A stretch of 64,000 nucleotides of DNA from Octopus sinensis (lineage: Eukaryota), in the NCBI RefSeq assembly GCF_006345805.1, contig NC_042998.1, positions 20,770,001 through 20,834,000 on the forward strand. The letters are read 5' to 3'. Position 1 is the stretch's first letter. Every line of letters begins with the position of its first letter. Below the pieces are notes generated by a model, which was not told the origin of the DNA, made no database searches, and saw only the letters and a program-made list of their open reading frames with translations. Of this stretch, positions 1 through 11,949 are shown in pieces. Made by a program: the position numbers and the translations under genes.

Positions 1-297
1 CTGATGCTTTAATGATTCTGTGAATCCAGTTAATAGCGAACATACCAGTGCCACGTAAGGAGCACCTGTGCTGGTACCATGTAAAGAGCACTCGTATCAG
101 TGCTACATAAAACAGCACTCATGTTGGCACCATGTAGAAACCATGTCAAAACAAACAACCGGGGTCTGGTGCAGCCCTCCAGCTTGCCAGCTTCTGTCAA
201 ACTGTCTAATCCATGTCAGCATCGAAAATGGATGTCAAAAGATGATGATGGTGATGATGAATAATGGAACAAGGCCAGAAATTTGAGGGAGGGGGGT

Positions 298-600
298 CAT
301 CATCATGATCATCATTTAACGTCCACTTTCCATGCTATTGGACGATTTGATTGAGGACTGACAAACCAGATGTCTGCACCAGGCTCCAATCTGATCTGGC
401 AGAGTTTCTACAGCTGGATGCCCTTCCTAAAGCCAACCACTCCGAGAGTGTAGTGGGTTCTTTTACGTGCCACCGGCACGAGGGCCAGTCAAGTGGTACT
501 GACAATGGCCTTGCTTGAATGTTTTTTTTATGTGCCACCTGCACAGGAGCCAGTTCAGCGGCACTGACAATGACCACGCTCAAATGTTTTTTTCACAACG
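298..600 (-). mobile_element. SINE family A ((GAT)n tail, internal ~25-bp repeats)
   Basis: Reverse complement of the recurrent body ggagtggttggcgttaggaagggcatccagctgtagaaac...catgctagcatggaaa, with a (GAT)n tail. Confidence 0.8.
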
Positions 601-747
601 CTGGTCAATTAAATCAACCCCAGTATTTCATTGGCACTTTATTTTATCAGCCTGAACAGAGATGCAAGTTAAAACTGATCCAAATGGAATATGAACTCAG
701 AATGTAAAGAGCATAAATTGATAAAACAATAATAAAAGGATATTTAC

Positions 748-827
748 CAGACAGCAAAATACTCGACACAACAGTTTTTAAGCACCGCCTAAGGTAAGCT
801 GTAGCTGCCACCACGCCAGACTCACTC
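748..827 (-). CDS. FHIP2A: FHIP2 coding exon 9 (SESGVVAATAYLRRCLKTVVSSILLS); gene continues beyond the left edge
   Basis: Acceptor ctgcAG, donor GTAAAT, 80 nt, phase 2 to 1. Aligns to SEMGILTSTALLHRIVRQVTSDVLL. Confidence 0.88.
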
Positions 828-1239
828 CTGCAGGGCAAAATACATGAGGTTACTTAAGAGATAAAATCAAATTCATAGAAGGGTCACATTTTGAAGCAGA
901 TCACAACTCATCACCAACACCGTTTCAGTGTCCATTTTTCCATGCTTGGCTGGGTCAGACAGAATTAACTGATTGAGATTTTCTAGTCATATACCTGTCT
1001 GGTCAACAACCCTTAGCTGTTTCCAAGCAAGGTAATATTTTTTTCCCATGGCCAGACGTTATTCATGGAAGACTGGAAGCAAACAGCACTGCTTGTATGA
1101 TGGTGATGCTCATTTACAACCATGATGACAAGAAATACTCCAAGATACTATGTCCAATGTACTAAGGAATCTGCCAATTCACTTGTCCTGGTGAAACTAA
1201 TTAATCCTTTTTACTATGAGCAGAAGACCTGAAATTTAT

Positions 1240-1790
1240 GGCTTGTCAATTGCATAAGTGACGGGGGCGTAAATACACCAGCATCGGTTGCCAAGCGATG
1301 TTGGCAGGGAATAACACAGACACACAAACATATACATACATACATATACATATATGTGAAAGGTAGAAGAGTCCAGTTTGCTGGACATTGTTGTAGAGCT
1401 GAAAACGAGGTAATTTCTACTCTTCTCCTCTGGAAGCTATCTGCTCGCGATACCAGAGGGCGCACACTCTCCTACCCTGATGTAATCTCCAGGGATACAG
1501 GCATCCAGCAACAGGACCTCCATAATGCTATGATGGACCGTGAAGTCTGGCGTAATATAGTAAATTCCCTCGTCTCGACCACAGTCGAACAACGATGATG
1601 ATACACACACACACATATATATATATATAATACGACAGGCTTCTTTCAGTTTCCATCTACCAAATCCACTCACAAAGCTTTTGTTGGTCCCAGGGTTATA
1701 GTAGAAGACATTTGCCCAAGGTGCAACACAGTGGGACTGAACCTGGAATCATGTAGTTGGTAGGCAAGCTACTTACCACACAGCCACTCT
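1240..1790 (-). mobile_element. SINE family B (tRNA-like head gcaggagtggctgtgtggtaag), split by an RTE fragment
   Basis: Both halves of the family B consensus flank 1356-1601. Confidence 0.8.
1356..1601 (+). mobile_element. RTE-clade LINE 3' end (KGRRVQFAGHCCRAENEVISTLLLWK...AMMDREVWR)
   Basis: C-terminal FAGHC..R / LLW / AM.DR..WR motifs, GAT tail. Near-identical copies at 33606 and 44939. Confidence 0.8.
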
Positions 1791-1826
1791 TTTGATGTGA
1801 TAAAAAAATAAAATAAAATGTCCAAA

Positions 1827-2230
1827 TCTATATATATAAAGCTGAAGTTGTCTGTGTGTGTGTGGCAGGTTTGGTAGCCTTCAACTAACACTATCTCCTC
1901 TGAGACCCTGCAGTGCAAGTTGACCAAAATTAAGAGTATGATAGGAGAAGGCTTGCTCTTCATTCCGTAGAAGAAAAAATTCAAATCAGACCATGTTAAG
2001 ACCAAAAATTTTTTACATAAAAAAGGTGCTTTTTTTCTATGAAAATCCCTATTTTTTTTTTACAATTTTTTGACTGCTGTGTCGCCATTTTTCAGTGTAT
2101 TTCAACCAGAAAAATGTTCACTTAAAGAGAATAACAAGCTACATAATGCAAAATTTTTACTTTTCAAAAATTCCAATTCTAAAGGGTTGAAAAGAAAACA
2201 AACCCGAGGAACACTGGGCTATACTGCTAG
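1827..2230 (+). mobile_element. Non-autonomous Helitron
   Basis: 5' TC(TA)n start after A; 3' imperfect hairpin cccgaggaacactggg, then CTAG followed by T; no TSD. Confidence 0.65.
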
Positions 2231-2291
2231 TTTTGATTAAAAGAGGAAACTGGCACAGAATAATTGAATCAAAACAAGAAAATACAATTAC

Positions 2292-2483
2292 GTTTGCATG
2301 ATGGCTGGTTCAATGAATGCTACGAGGAAGTTGTTGTAGATAAATTTAGCAAAAGCTCGAGCCACTGTAGGATTGGCAATAGTGATAAGCTGATCACAGT
2401 AATCAAGCCAGGAGAGGAAGGACACAACATTACGTTTACCAGGAAAAGTTTGTTGGTTTTCAATTTCAGATATTCCATCTAAC
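2292..2483 (-). CDS. FHIP2A: FHIP2 coding exon 8 (LDGISEIENQQTFPGKRNVVSFLSWLDYCDQLI...IEPAIMQ-T)
   Basis: Acceptor ttccAG, donor GTAATT, 192 nt, phase 2/2. Conserved FPGKR and SFLSWxDYCDQL. Confidence 0.95.
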
Positions 2484-3219
2484 CTGGAAAATATATAATA
2501 ATTGGAAATTAGAAACAAATGGAAAGATAGTAAAAAAAAATAAAAATAAAATAAAGACTTTTATCCATTACAACCTAGACACAACTGAAGTAGTTGACAG
2601 CCATAATCCTCGTTAGTGACAATGGCTGGAGACTTTCATAATTAGCTGAGGACCCATGGTGGATGAATAGCCAGGGACATCTGTGGAATTTGAAACTCAG
2701 AAAGCAACTACTCAGATTTGATGCTCTCACAAATCTGATAAACTATTACACTGGACTGGCACTTTATTCACCAACTCCATTTACTTTTTAAGGTGCAACA
2801 TGAAGGACCTTTAGTTGCTATTTTTAGCAGGTCAAGTGACTGCATAGAAGATGCATTTTTATCTTTTAATTTTTTACTTGTTCCTGTCATTAGATTGTGG
2901 CCACGCTGGGGTACCGTCTAGTAGAATTTTTAGTCAAGTAAATCAACACAGCCCAGTACTTTTTTTTTTTTAATGCCCGGTACTTATTCAATTGGTCTCT
3001 TTGGCCAAGACCAACAGGTTTTACAGCTGGATGATCTTCTTACCTGTAACCACTACACCATAAAGTAAGAGTGGAACTTGTTATCCATTCTTTGACATTC
3101 ACACAAAGAGGAACAGGCAGGCTTATATGCTTTGCTCAGAGGCACAAAAGTTTGACCGTCTGATCCTAAGTTCAAAACACACTTCAGTTGTAGTCATGAA
3201 AAATACAAACTTTATTTAC

Positions 3220-3413
3220 CCCCATTTTGCATAAACTGCATCTAGGTCATCTGGATTGACTGTGGAAGGTAAACGTTGGTAGAGCTTAATGAGACGGTTG
3301 GTCAGATTGGTACAGAAGTCAGTATTTTCTATGAGACAGGTAACAGCAGATTTCTCTGGAAGACTTGAACACAACATTAGACCTTCACAAGCTTTCACAG
3401 CAACTCTTCCATC
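3220..3413 (-). CDS. FHIP2A: FHIP2 coding exon 7 ([20 protein letters not shown]...DDLDAVYAKW-G)
   Basis: Acceptor aacAG, donor GTAAAT, 194 nt, phase 0 to 2. Matches [20 protein letters not shown]. Confidence 0.95.
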
Positions 3414-3689
3414 CTGTTTGGGAGAAATAAAATTACCATTAAAATAAAGAACTTTGGAATAAATATAGCTTATTTTTTGACACTATTTTTTAAAGACACA
3501 CAAACATACATGTAAGTATATATATTCATGATAGCATGGAAAGCAGATGTAAAACGATGATGATGACTTGTATAGACTAGTTTAAATAAATTCCACACAA
3601 GACATTAGACAACCAAAAGCTATAGGAGATACTTAAGGTTCCACACATTGGGATTTGAACCTGCGAAAGACCGAGACCGCTGTGATATA

Positions 3690-4122
3690 CTGTGACTGCG
3701 AAGACCCGAAAAATGAAGTGAGTTCATGGCTCGCAGGACGGCCTGCTTTGCTAACCTTGGATCGTAGGGTGACCTGCTGTGCTTGAGGAAACGTATTGAG
3801 TCAAGTACGTCAACATCAAAATAAAAATCAAATGGAAATTGTAGTTGTGAGCCTCGTGCCAGTAGCATGTAAAAAGCACCATACGAACGTGGCTGATGCC
3901 AGTGCTGCCTTGACTGGCATCCGTGCCGGTGGCACATAAAAAGCACCAACCGATCATGGCCACTACACACACGGAGTGGTTGGCATTAGGAAGGGCACCA
4001 AGCTGTAGAAACACTGCCAGATCAGACTGGAGCTTGGTGTAGCTTCCTGGCTTCCCAGACCCTGGTTGAACTGTCCAACCCATGCTAGCATGGAAAACGG
4101 ACATTAAACGATGATGATGATG
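3690..4122 (+). mobile_element. SINE family A, longer copy with upstream body
   Basis: Family A core and (GAT)n tail. Confidence 0.75.
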
Positions 4123-4254
4123 AACCATGAGTACTTTATCATATCATATTCATGCCTGACAGTCATGCTCATTTAAACTAATGCACAACGTCAAGACAAA
4201 GAGACACAACAAACACACCCGTCCATAATGACACACATCTTTATTCAAATATTA

Positions 4255-4640
4255 TTTTACTTCTGTCAGTCATTTGACTGCGGCCATGCTGGAACATCGA
4301 CCCCAGGACTTATTCTTTGTAAGCCTAGTACTTATTCTATCAGTCTCTTTTGCCAAACCACTAAGTTACAAGGACGTAAACACACCAGCATCGGTTGTCA
4401 AGCAATGTTGGGGGGACAAGCACAGACACACAAACATACACACACACACATATATATACACATATATATATACATATATACGATGGGCTTCTTTCAGTTT
4501 CTGTCAACCAAATCACTCACAAGGCTTTGGTCAGCCCGAGGCTATAGCAGAAGACACTTGTCCAAGGTGCCACGTAGTGGGACTGAACCCGGAACCATGT
4601 GGTTGGTAAGCAAGCTACTTACCACACAGCCAGTCATGCG
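4255..4640 (-). mobile_element. SINE family B, full length
   Basis: Complete head, internal (TA/CA)n microsatellite and 3' end. Confidence 0.85.
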
Positions 4641-4670
4641 CGCATATATATACATATATATATATATATT

Positions 4671-6245
4671 CATCTAGCACCCGAGCGCAGATAAGTTTGA
4701 ATGCTTATTTATTTTCACTTCTCGATCGATCATACATGCTTTCTTATCTATCTAAATATTTTTATCTAATGTCTCTATCTATCTAATTATTTTAACTAAT
4801 TTATCCATTTCTCTTCTCGACTATAATCAACCATAGTGTATTCGCCATTGTGAAGCCTGTTCCTTTAATCAACTTCCGCCTTGTCCAAAAATTCCTCTTC
4901 CGGACAATTTTTACTTAAAAAAGGCAGCCCCATACATTTGCTCTCTCATTCATTCATCTAGCACCCGAGCGCAGATAAGTTTGAATGCTTATTTATTTTC
5001 ACTTCTCGATCGATCATACATGCTTTCTTATCTATCTAAATATTTTTATCTAATGTCTCTATCTATCTAATTATTTTAACTAATTTATCCATTTCTCTTC
5101 TCGACTATAATCAACCATCGTGTATTCGCCATCTTGAAGCCTGTTCCTTTAATACACTTCCGCCTTGTCCAAAAATTCCTCTTCCGGACAATTTTTACTT
5201 AAAAAAGGCAGCCCCATACATTTGCTCTCTCATTCATTCATCTAGCACCCGAGCGCAGATAAGTTTGAATGCTTATTTATTTTCACATCTCGATCGATCA
5301 TACATGCTTTCTTATCTATCTAAATATTTTTTATCTAATTTCTCTATCTATCTAATTATTTTAACTAATTTATCCATTTCTCTTCTCGACTATAATCAAC
5401 CATCGTGTATTCGCCATCTTGAAGCCTGTTCCTTTAATACACTTCCGCCTTGTCCAAAAATTCCTCTTCCGGACAATTTTTACTTAAAAAAGGCAGCCCC
5501 ATACATTTGCTCTCTCATTCATTCATCTAGCACCCGAGCGCAGATAAGTTTGAATGCTTATTTATTTTCACTTCTCGATCGATCATACATGCTTTCTTAT
5601 CTATCTAAATATTTTTATCTAATTTCTCTATCTATCTAATTATTTTAACTAATTATCCATTTCTCTTCTCGACTATAATCAACCATCGTGTATTCGCCAT
5701 CTGAAGCCTGTTCCTTAATACACTTCCGCCTTGTCCAAAAATTCCTCTTCCGACAATTTTTACTTAAAAAAGGCAGCCCCATACATTTGCTCTCTCATTC
5801 ATTCATCTAGCACCCGAGCGCAGATAAGTTTGAATGCTTATTTATTTTCACTTCTCGATCGATCATACATGCTTTCTTATCTATCTAAATATTTTTATCT
5901 AATTATTTTAACTAATTTATCCATTTCTCTTCTCGACTATAATCAACCATCGTGTATTCGCCATCTTGATGCCTGTTCCTTTAATACACTTCCGCCTTGT
6001 CCAAAAATTCCTCTTCCGGACAATTTTTACTTAAAAAAGGCAGCCCCATACATTTGCTCTCTCATTCATTCATCTAGCACCCGAGCGCAGATAAGTTTGA
6101 ATGCTTATTTATTTTCACTTCTCGATCGATCATACATGCTTTCTTATCTATCTAAATATTTTTATCTAATGTCTCTATCTATCTAATTATTTTAACTAAT
6201 TTATCCATTTCTCTTCTCGACTATAATCAACCATCGTGTATTCGC
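4671..6245. repeat. Tandem array, ~284-bp unit, ~5.6 copies
   Basis: Unit start catctagcac at 4671, 4955, 5239, 5524, 5804 and 6071. Confidence 0.95.
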
Positions 6246-6500
6246 GGTGCACCCGCCCTGCCCACCCCCACCACCAGATATCTCTATATTTTTGCTCCAT
6301 CTATACCGGATGTCGCTTCTCCCACCACCATTATAGGTGTCTACTCTTCGAACCCCTCTTCAATACGCTATTTCACCATGCATTACCCCTCTCTTGATAT
6401 CCTCCTACGTTCTACTTGCCTAGAACCTGTCATCATTTCTCTGAACCACCCCTCCCCACTGGTGCTCCCCTATATTTCTGCACCCCCCCCACACAAAAAA

Positions 6501-6748
6501 AAAGCACCATCCAAACGTGGCCGATGCCAGACCCCTCTGGCACCTGTGCAGGTGGCACGTAAAAAGCACCCACTACACTCGCGGAGTGGTTGGTGTTAGG
6601 AAGGGCATCCAGCTGTAGAAACACTGCCAGACTAGACTGGAGCCTGGGGCAGTCCCTAGCTACCCAGACCCCGGTCGAAACCGTCCAACCCGTGCTAGCG
6701 CGGAAAACGGACGTTAAACGATGATGATGATGATGATGATGATGATGA
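6501..6748 (+). mobile_element. SINE family A
   Basis: Family core and (GAT)n tail. Confidence 0.85.
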
Positions 6749-7014
6749 TATATATATATAACAGGATTCTTTCAGTTTCTTATCTTCAGATCTGCTCACT
6801 AGGCTTTGGTTGACATGAGGCTATAGTGAAAGACACTTGCCCAAATTGTTGTACAGTGAAACTGAACTTGAGATCATGTGACTGGAAAGTGAACTTTTTT
6901 TAATCACATCTTATGCCTGCACAAATGTGTATCTATATATCGCCATCATCATCATTTAATATCTGTCTTCCATGCTGGCAGATATATATATCAGTTGCCA
7001 TGATAGATCATTAG

Positions 7015-7195
7015 CCACTACAAACATTTTTTTCTCTAATTGTTTTTTATTCTGTGTCCCTTTCCGTAGAAGAGCGTAGGCTCGAAACGTAAAATACTTT
7101 TTCTATTCCTGAGCATTATACTAATACATCTGTTTGTTTTGCACACCACCTGTCTTCATCTTTTGTTTTTTCGTAAACTCTCCCTATATATATAT
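7015..7195 (+). mobile_element. Penelope-like terminal fragment with a relic hammerhead motif
   Basis: ccgtaga-a-gagc-gtag-gctc-gaaac-gta at 7064-7091. Confidence 0.45.
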
Positions 7196-7202
7196 ATATA
7201 TA

Positions 7203-7485
7203 TCACGTGATCACGTGACCGACCAAACCATCAGATGTTGTTACACATCGCTGGTCACAATGCATTCGCATTGTTTTAGCCTTCGAATGGCGCCACCCCG
7301 CTGGCTAAGCGAGCAGGCCAACAGAAGAAAGAGTGGGAGAAAGAGTGGTGAAAGAGTACAGCAGGGATCACCGCCCCCTGCCGGAGCCTTGTGGAGCTTT
7401 TAGGTGTTTTCGCTCAATAAACACTCACAATGCCCGGTCTGGGAATCGAAACCGCGATCCTGCGACCGCGAGTCTGCTGCCCTAC
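7203..7485 (-). mobile_element. SINE family E (tRNA-like B box)
   Basis: Shares gggaatcgaaaccgc...cgcgagtc with 8800-9080. Confidence 0.7.
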
Positions 7486-7531
7486 ACACACACATGAAAG
7501 TAGAAAAAAGATAGTTTATAGTGAAACATAC

Positions 7532-7660
7532 CTCACTGGAGCACATCGCTAACAATGAATTTACAATGGAATATTCTAAGGAACGCTTTGATGACTTTGG
7601 CCCCATTTGTGACAAAGGGGAAAGCTGTGCATATTTTGGTCCTTCTGAATTCTTGGGGAC
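7532..7660 (-). CDS. FHIP2A: FHIP2 coding exon 6 (VPKNSEGPKYAQLSPLSQMGPKSSKRSLEYSIVNSLLAMCSSE)
   Basis: Strong T-rich acceptor tttAG, donor GTATGT, 129 nt, phase 0/0. YSIVNSLL matches YNLVNSLL and joins [11 protein letters not shown]. Confidence 0.9.
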
Positions 7661-8422
7661 CTAAACAAAACAAAAACAAAAAAAAAAGGTGAAATGAAAA
7701 TTTAACCTTGAAATAATTTAAAGCAATTCTTTTGTTCAAATTATCATGAATGTTAGCTTTATACTCAGCATCCAAAACTGGCATGGAAACAACAGCATTC
7801 ATCTCCACATCTTGCTCCTGCACAATCACAGCATCAACCAGGACATCAGATGCTGTTATACATTGCTGGTCACAATGCACTTCCAACTGTCTTGATTGTG
7901 CCATTTTGTTTTTTGACTTGACCCAAATTGCTTGACTAAATTGTTTACCATCATCGTGGAGGCCTTCTAAATGGCCTTTTCCAACGCCAATAATAAATCT
8001 CTGAAATTGCGCAAGATGTTTATATTAAGATGCTCTTTCTGTTGCCAACCTGTATACAACAGTCATATATTTCTTTTTATTGTGGGGAAAAAGCACTGAA
8101 TACATGTTTCCCTCTTCCACATGTTTCATAGAAGCTACCACAGTTGTCTGGCATCTGCAAGGCACAACCTTTTACAGTCAGATCTAACAACTACACGTAT
8201 AAAGTTATTCAGCCAGTACCATACGAGCGTGATCATTGCCAGAGCACCAAGCTGGTCTCTGTGCCGGTGGCACGTAAAAACACCATTCGAGTGTGATCGT
8301 TATCTGTGTCGCCCTACTGGCACTTGTGCTGGTGGCACATGAAAAAACATTCAAATAAATGCATACTATATATTTTGTTGAAAATGTGCTACTATTTGGC
8401 TATGCATGCATGTATGTATGTA

Positions 8423-8750
8423 TGAGACCCCCTTCGGTCATGACTGACCATGGGATTGCACCTAGAAAGTTACCTTCCAAGACACAAGTCCGGGCAAGGT
8501 TGCTTATGGAAGACCAGCAGTCGCCCATGCATACCAGCCTCCCCTCTCCACGCCACCAGTGTTATCCAAGGGAAAGGCAAAGGTCGATACAGCTTGGCAC
8601 CTGTGATGTCGCAACTCATTTCTACAGCTGAGTGAAATGGAGCAACGTGAAATAAAGTGTCTTGCTCAAGAACACAACACGCAGCCCGGTCTGGGATTTG
8701 AACTCACAACCTTACGATCGTAAGCTCAACGCTCTAACCACTGAGCCATG
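8423..8750 (-). mobile_element. SINE family D (tRNA head catggctcagtggttagag)
   Basis: Near-identical to 10254-10590; A and B boxes on the minus strand. Confidence 0.8.
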
Positions 8751-8799
8751 CATGTATGTATGTACATTTTTATTTTTAATTATGTGCCCTTTTCAAGCC

Positions 8800-9080
8800 C
8801 AGCCAGGCTCAGGGGCCCAGTTTCCCGGTTTCTGTGGCGTATGTGTTCCCCCCAGCTGGATGGGACGCCAGTCCATCGCAGCGTTACTCAAGAAACAGGA
8901 AGAAAGAGTGAGAGAAAGTTAAGGTGAAAGAGTACAATAGGGGTCACACCCCCCCTGCCAGAGTCTTGTGGAGCTTTAGGTGTTTTCGCTCAATAAACAC
9001 ACACAATGCCCAGTCTGGGAATCGAAACCGCAATCCTCCGACCGCGAGTCCGCTGCCCTAACCACTGGGTCATTGCACTT
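8800..9080 (-). mobile_element. SINE family E
   Basis: tRNA-like head cccagtggttagggcagcggactcg on the minus strand. Confidence 0.7.
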
Positions 9081-9124
9081 CCACATGTATGTACATGCAC
9101 ATGTGAATAAAAATTTATACTCAC

Positions 9125-9247
9125 CTCCAAAAAGAAATTTACTAAGTACGGATCAGACTTGATTTTGGCACATAATGTACACAAAAACTGAATTTCTTCA
9201 TTTTCAGATGGTCCAGACTTAATTTCACCACATATTTTAATCAATCG
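9125..9247 (-). CDS. FHIP2A: FHIP2 coding exon 5 ([41 protein letters not shown])
   Basis: Acceptor tatAG, donor GTGAGT, 123 nt, phase 0/0. Conserved ENEEIQFLC and [10 protein letters not shown]. Confidence 0.96.
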
Positions 9248-9630
9248 CTATACAAAATTTGAAAGAAAGGAAAAAAGATAAAATTTCAGTTTCACCAAAT
9301 GATAAAATATTTCTTTTATATAATGAAATGGCTTAAAATAACCTTTCATTGCAACTAGTTTACATCTATTTTCACATGCTGCAAGCACAGTAAGGAAAAC
9401 TTTTATTGCAAATGTTTTAAAATAGGAAAGACGTACCATATGATGTAGGATGAGATAAACTATGTTTAAAAAAGTTAGGATGTCATTGCTTAAATGTTGA
9501 TGATCATAGTTCTATTCGCCTAGGACTGACTTGGGGTTAAATGATAACAACAACAAGGGAAAAATGCTAAATTATGAGAGAGTGCTTTCCTTTCATTTTG
9601 AGTAAAGAACCAACAACACAAAAACTTTAC

Positions 9631-9735
9631 CTGTACAGCTCTGTGAACATTGATATGTGGTAAAAGAGGCTGCTTGATCCGAGTCAAAAGTCGTGTGAAA
9701 AATGACAGAACAACTTGCTTCATTCCAGGTGGACT
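9631..9735 (-). CDS. FHIP2A: FHIP2 coding exon 4 ([35 protein letters not shown])
   Basis: Acceptor ctctAG after a pyrimidine tract, donor GTAAAG, 105 nt, phase 0/0. Matches PPGMKQQVL...[15 protein letters not shown]. Confidence 0.96.
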
Positions 9736-10253
9736 CTAGAGGTAAGAAGAGAAAAAAAAAAAAAATGAACAAAAACACAAGAAATAAGTAAAACCAGACA
9801 GGTACAGAAAAACAGCTGGAAGTCTGATAATCCACAATAAATGGCATCTTGGACAAATGTTATCTATTGTATATAGCTCCAAGTTAAAGAAAGCCTTGTA
9901 AGTAAATTTGGTAAATAGAAACTAAAAGAAGCCTATCATATATGTGTGTGTGTGTACACATGTGGGATATGGAAGGTTAATTGGAAAAGTAATGAGAGGA
10001 AACAGGTAAAGGAATGAGTGGGTATTTTTGAAGAAACATGCATTTTTTAAGCTGAACTTAAGCAAGCTGCTTGAAAATGTACTGAATGGGAGGAAGTTTG
10101 ATCTGTATGTTTATCAAGAGCTGTGCTTACTGGTCACCAGCAGAGCCACAAATGTAAAGTGTAATTTTGTTTGAGAATACAGTTTTCTTAGAGGTCGGTT
10201 ATGATCTTCCTTGGTCATAAGTGGACAGACATCATCATCATCATATATATTCT

Positions 10254-10590
10254 GAGACCCCCTTCGGTCACGACATAGACCATGGGTTTGCACCTAGAAA
10301 GTTACCCTCCTAGGCTCAAGTCGAGGCAAGGTTGTTTATGGAAGACCGGCAGTCACCCATGCATACCGGCCTCCCCTCTCCACACCTCCAGCGTTATCCA
10401 AGGGAAAGGTAACACCTGATACAGCTTGGCACCTGTGATGTTACAACTCATTTCTACAGCTGAGTGAACTGGAGCAACGTGAAATAAAGTATCTTGCTCA
10501 AGAACACAACATGCAGCCCGGTCCGGAATTCGAGCCCACAACCTCACGATCATAAGCTCGACACTCTAACCACTGAGCCATGTGCCTTCA
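10254..10590 (-). mobile_element. SINE family D
   Basis: Second copy of the 8423 element. Confidence 0.8.
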
Positions 10591-10923
10591 CATTATATAT
10601 ATATATATATATGAATTAGTTATAAGAATTCAATAGTACCAAGGCATATCAACACGTAGGATGCCAGAAATGGCTAGGTACAATAACATAGATTTCCCAG
10701 TGAGGTAAACAACAATTAAGGTATCAAGTTTTGGTAGGATACAGTAGATATGTAAATACCAAATCCAATTTAAACTGTACATTTGGGTCTGGGATTGATT
10801 CCAGGTGTGGTCTTGGTGTTTAATATTCATGACAGCTGTTTCGGTAGAAATTTATTGGTGTATTTATAGATTATAAAATAACATATAATCCACCTTCTAC
10901 AAGTAAAAGTTTAAATAGGTAAC

Positions 10924-11005
10924 ATGTCAAACAGGTGAGATTACATCAATCTGGTTCAATGACATTGGATTCATCTGGTTTGATGTAGTCTCCTCCATTT
11001 GACAT
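10924..11005. other. 82-nt imperfect hairpin in intron 3 (candidate pri-miRNA or ADAR substrate)
   Basis: Lower stem atgtcaaa/tttgacat plus a ~23-bp upper stem whose non-Watson-Crick pairs are mostly G-U on the + strand. Confidence 0.45.
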
Positions 11006-11138
11006 TTCACTGGTTTCAAAGTTTACCTGAAGATGGTGGTTTATATGTTACGATATAGTCTATGAACACATTAATAAAATTCTTCTGAAAAAACTGTTGT
11101 AAATTTTAAATGCTGTTTGTGTTCTCTTTTTTAGACAT

Positions 11139-11530
11139 ATAGGCACAGGAGTGGCTGTGTGGTAAGTAGCTTGCTTACCAATCACATGGTTCCGGGTTGA
11201 GTCCTACTGTGTGGCACCTTGGGCAAGTGTCTTCTACTATAGCCTCAGGCTGACCAAAGCCTTTTGAGTGGATTTGGTAATATATATATATATATGTATG
11301 TATGTATGTGTGTGTGTGTTTGTGTGTCTGTTTGTCCACCCAACATCGCTTGACAACCGATGCTGGTGTGTTTACGTCCCTGTCATCTAGCGGTTCGGCA
11401 AAAGAGACTGATAGAATAAGTACTAGGCTTACAAAGAATAAGTCCTGAGGTCGATTTGCTCGACTAAAGGCGGTGCTCCAGCATGGCCACAGTCAAATGA
11501 CGGAAACAAGTAAAAGAGAGTAAAGAGAGA
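11139..11530 (+). mobile_element. SINE family B, full length
   Basis: Complete consensus. Confidence 0.85.
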
Positions 11531-11678
11531 GTAAACGAAAAAATACTAACAAGAAAAGAAAAAAGAAAGGGAAAAAAAAGCAGCTCACAAAGAAAAGGAG
11601 AAGAAGGAGAGCTAACAGGTTGGTAGGACTAAAAACATGAAGTCCTCCTACATGTTACTAAGTTGCAAGAGTACTTAC

Positions 11679-11848
11679 ATCATTCTTGCCCAGTGTGTAA
11701 AGAGTCTCCAACAGCTTGTGGTGAAGCATGTACTCCATGCAAGGCCCAGTACTACCCGATTCACATGTCTGCTCTTCTTGCTGGAGTATAGACAACATCT
11801 GTTCCAAATGGCTTGGGAGGTTTGTTTGGTCTGCAGGCAGTCTCTCAT
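11679..11848 (-). CDS. FHIP2A: FHIP2 coding exon 3 ([25 protein letters not shown]...[23 protein letters not shown])
   Basis: Acceptor tttcAG, donor GTAAGT, 170 nt, phase 1 to 0. Conserved [21 protein letters not shown] motif. Its reading frame is not in the ORF track. Confidence 0.96.
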
Positions 11849-11949
11849 CTGAAATAGTTTAAACAAGACAGTTACAAGCAATGAAAGGGATAGTTATAAA
11901 AGCAAAAACATATTTCAACCCTTTCTTCCATATATAATATGAAATACAT

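Noticed and set aside
5265-6186. 124-aa and 151-aa ORFs in the 284-bp array
   Set aside because: Products of a stop-poor AT-rich unit; frames shift between units; antisense to the host gene; no recognisable domain.
7707-8000. 98-codon open frame as an extra FHIP2 exon
   Set aside because: It would need a 46-nt intron, overlaps a SINE family E-like segment (tcagatgctgttatacattgctggtcacaatgc), and exons 5 and 6 already join in frame.
828-9124. Introns 5 and 8 are both 1464 bp
   Set aside because: The sequences are unrelated, so this is a coincidence.
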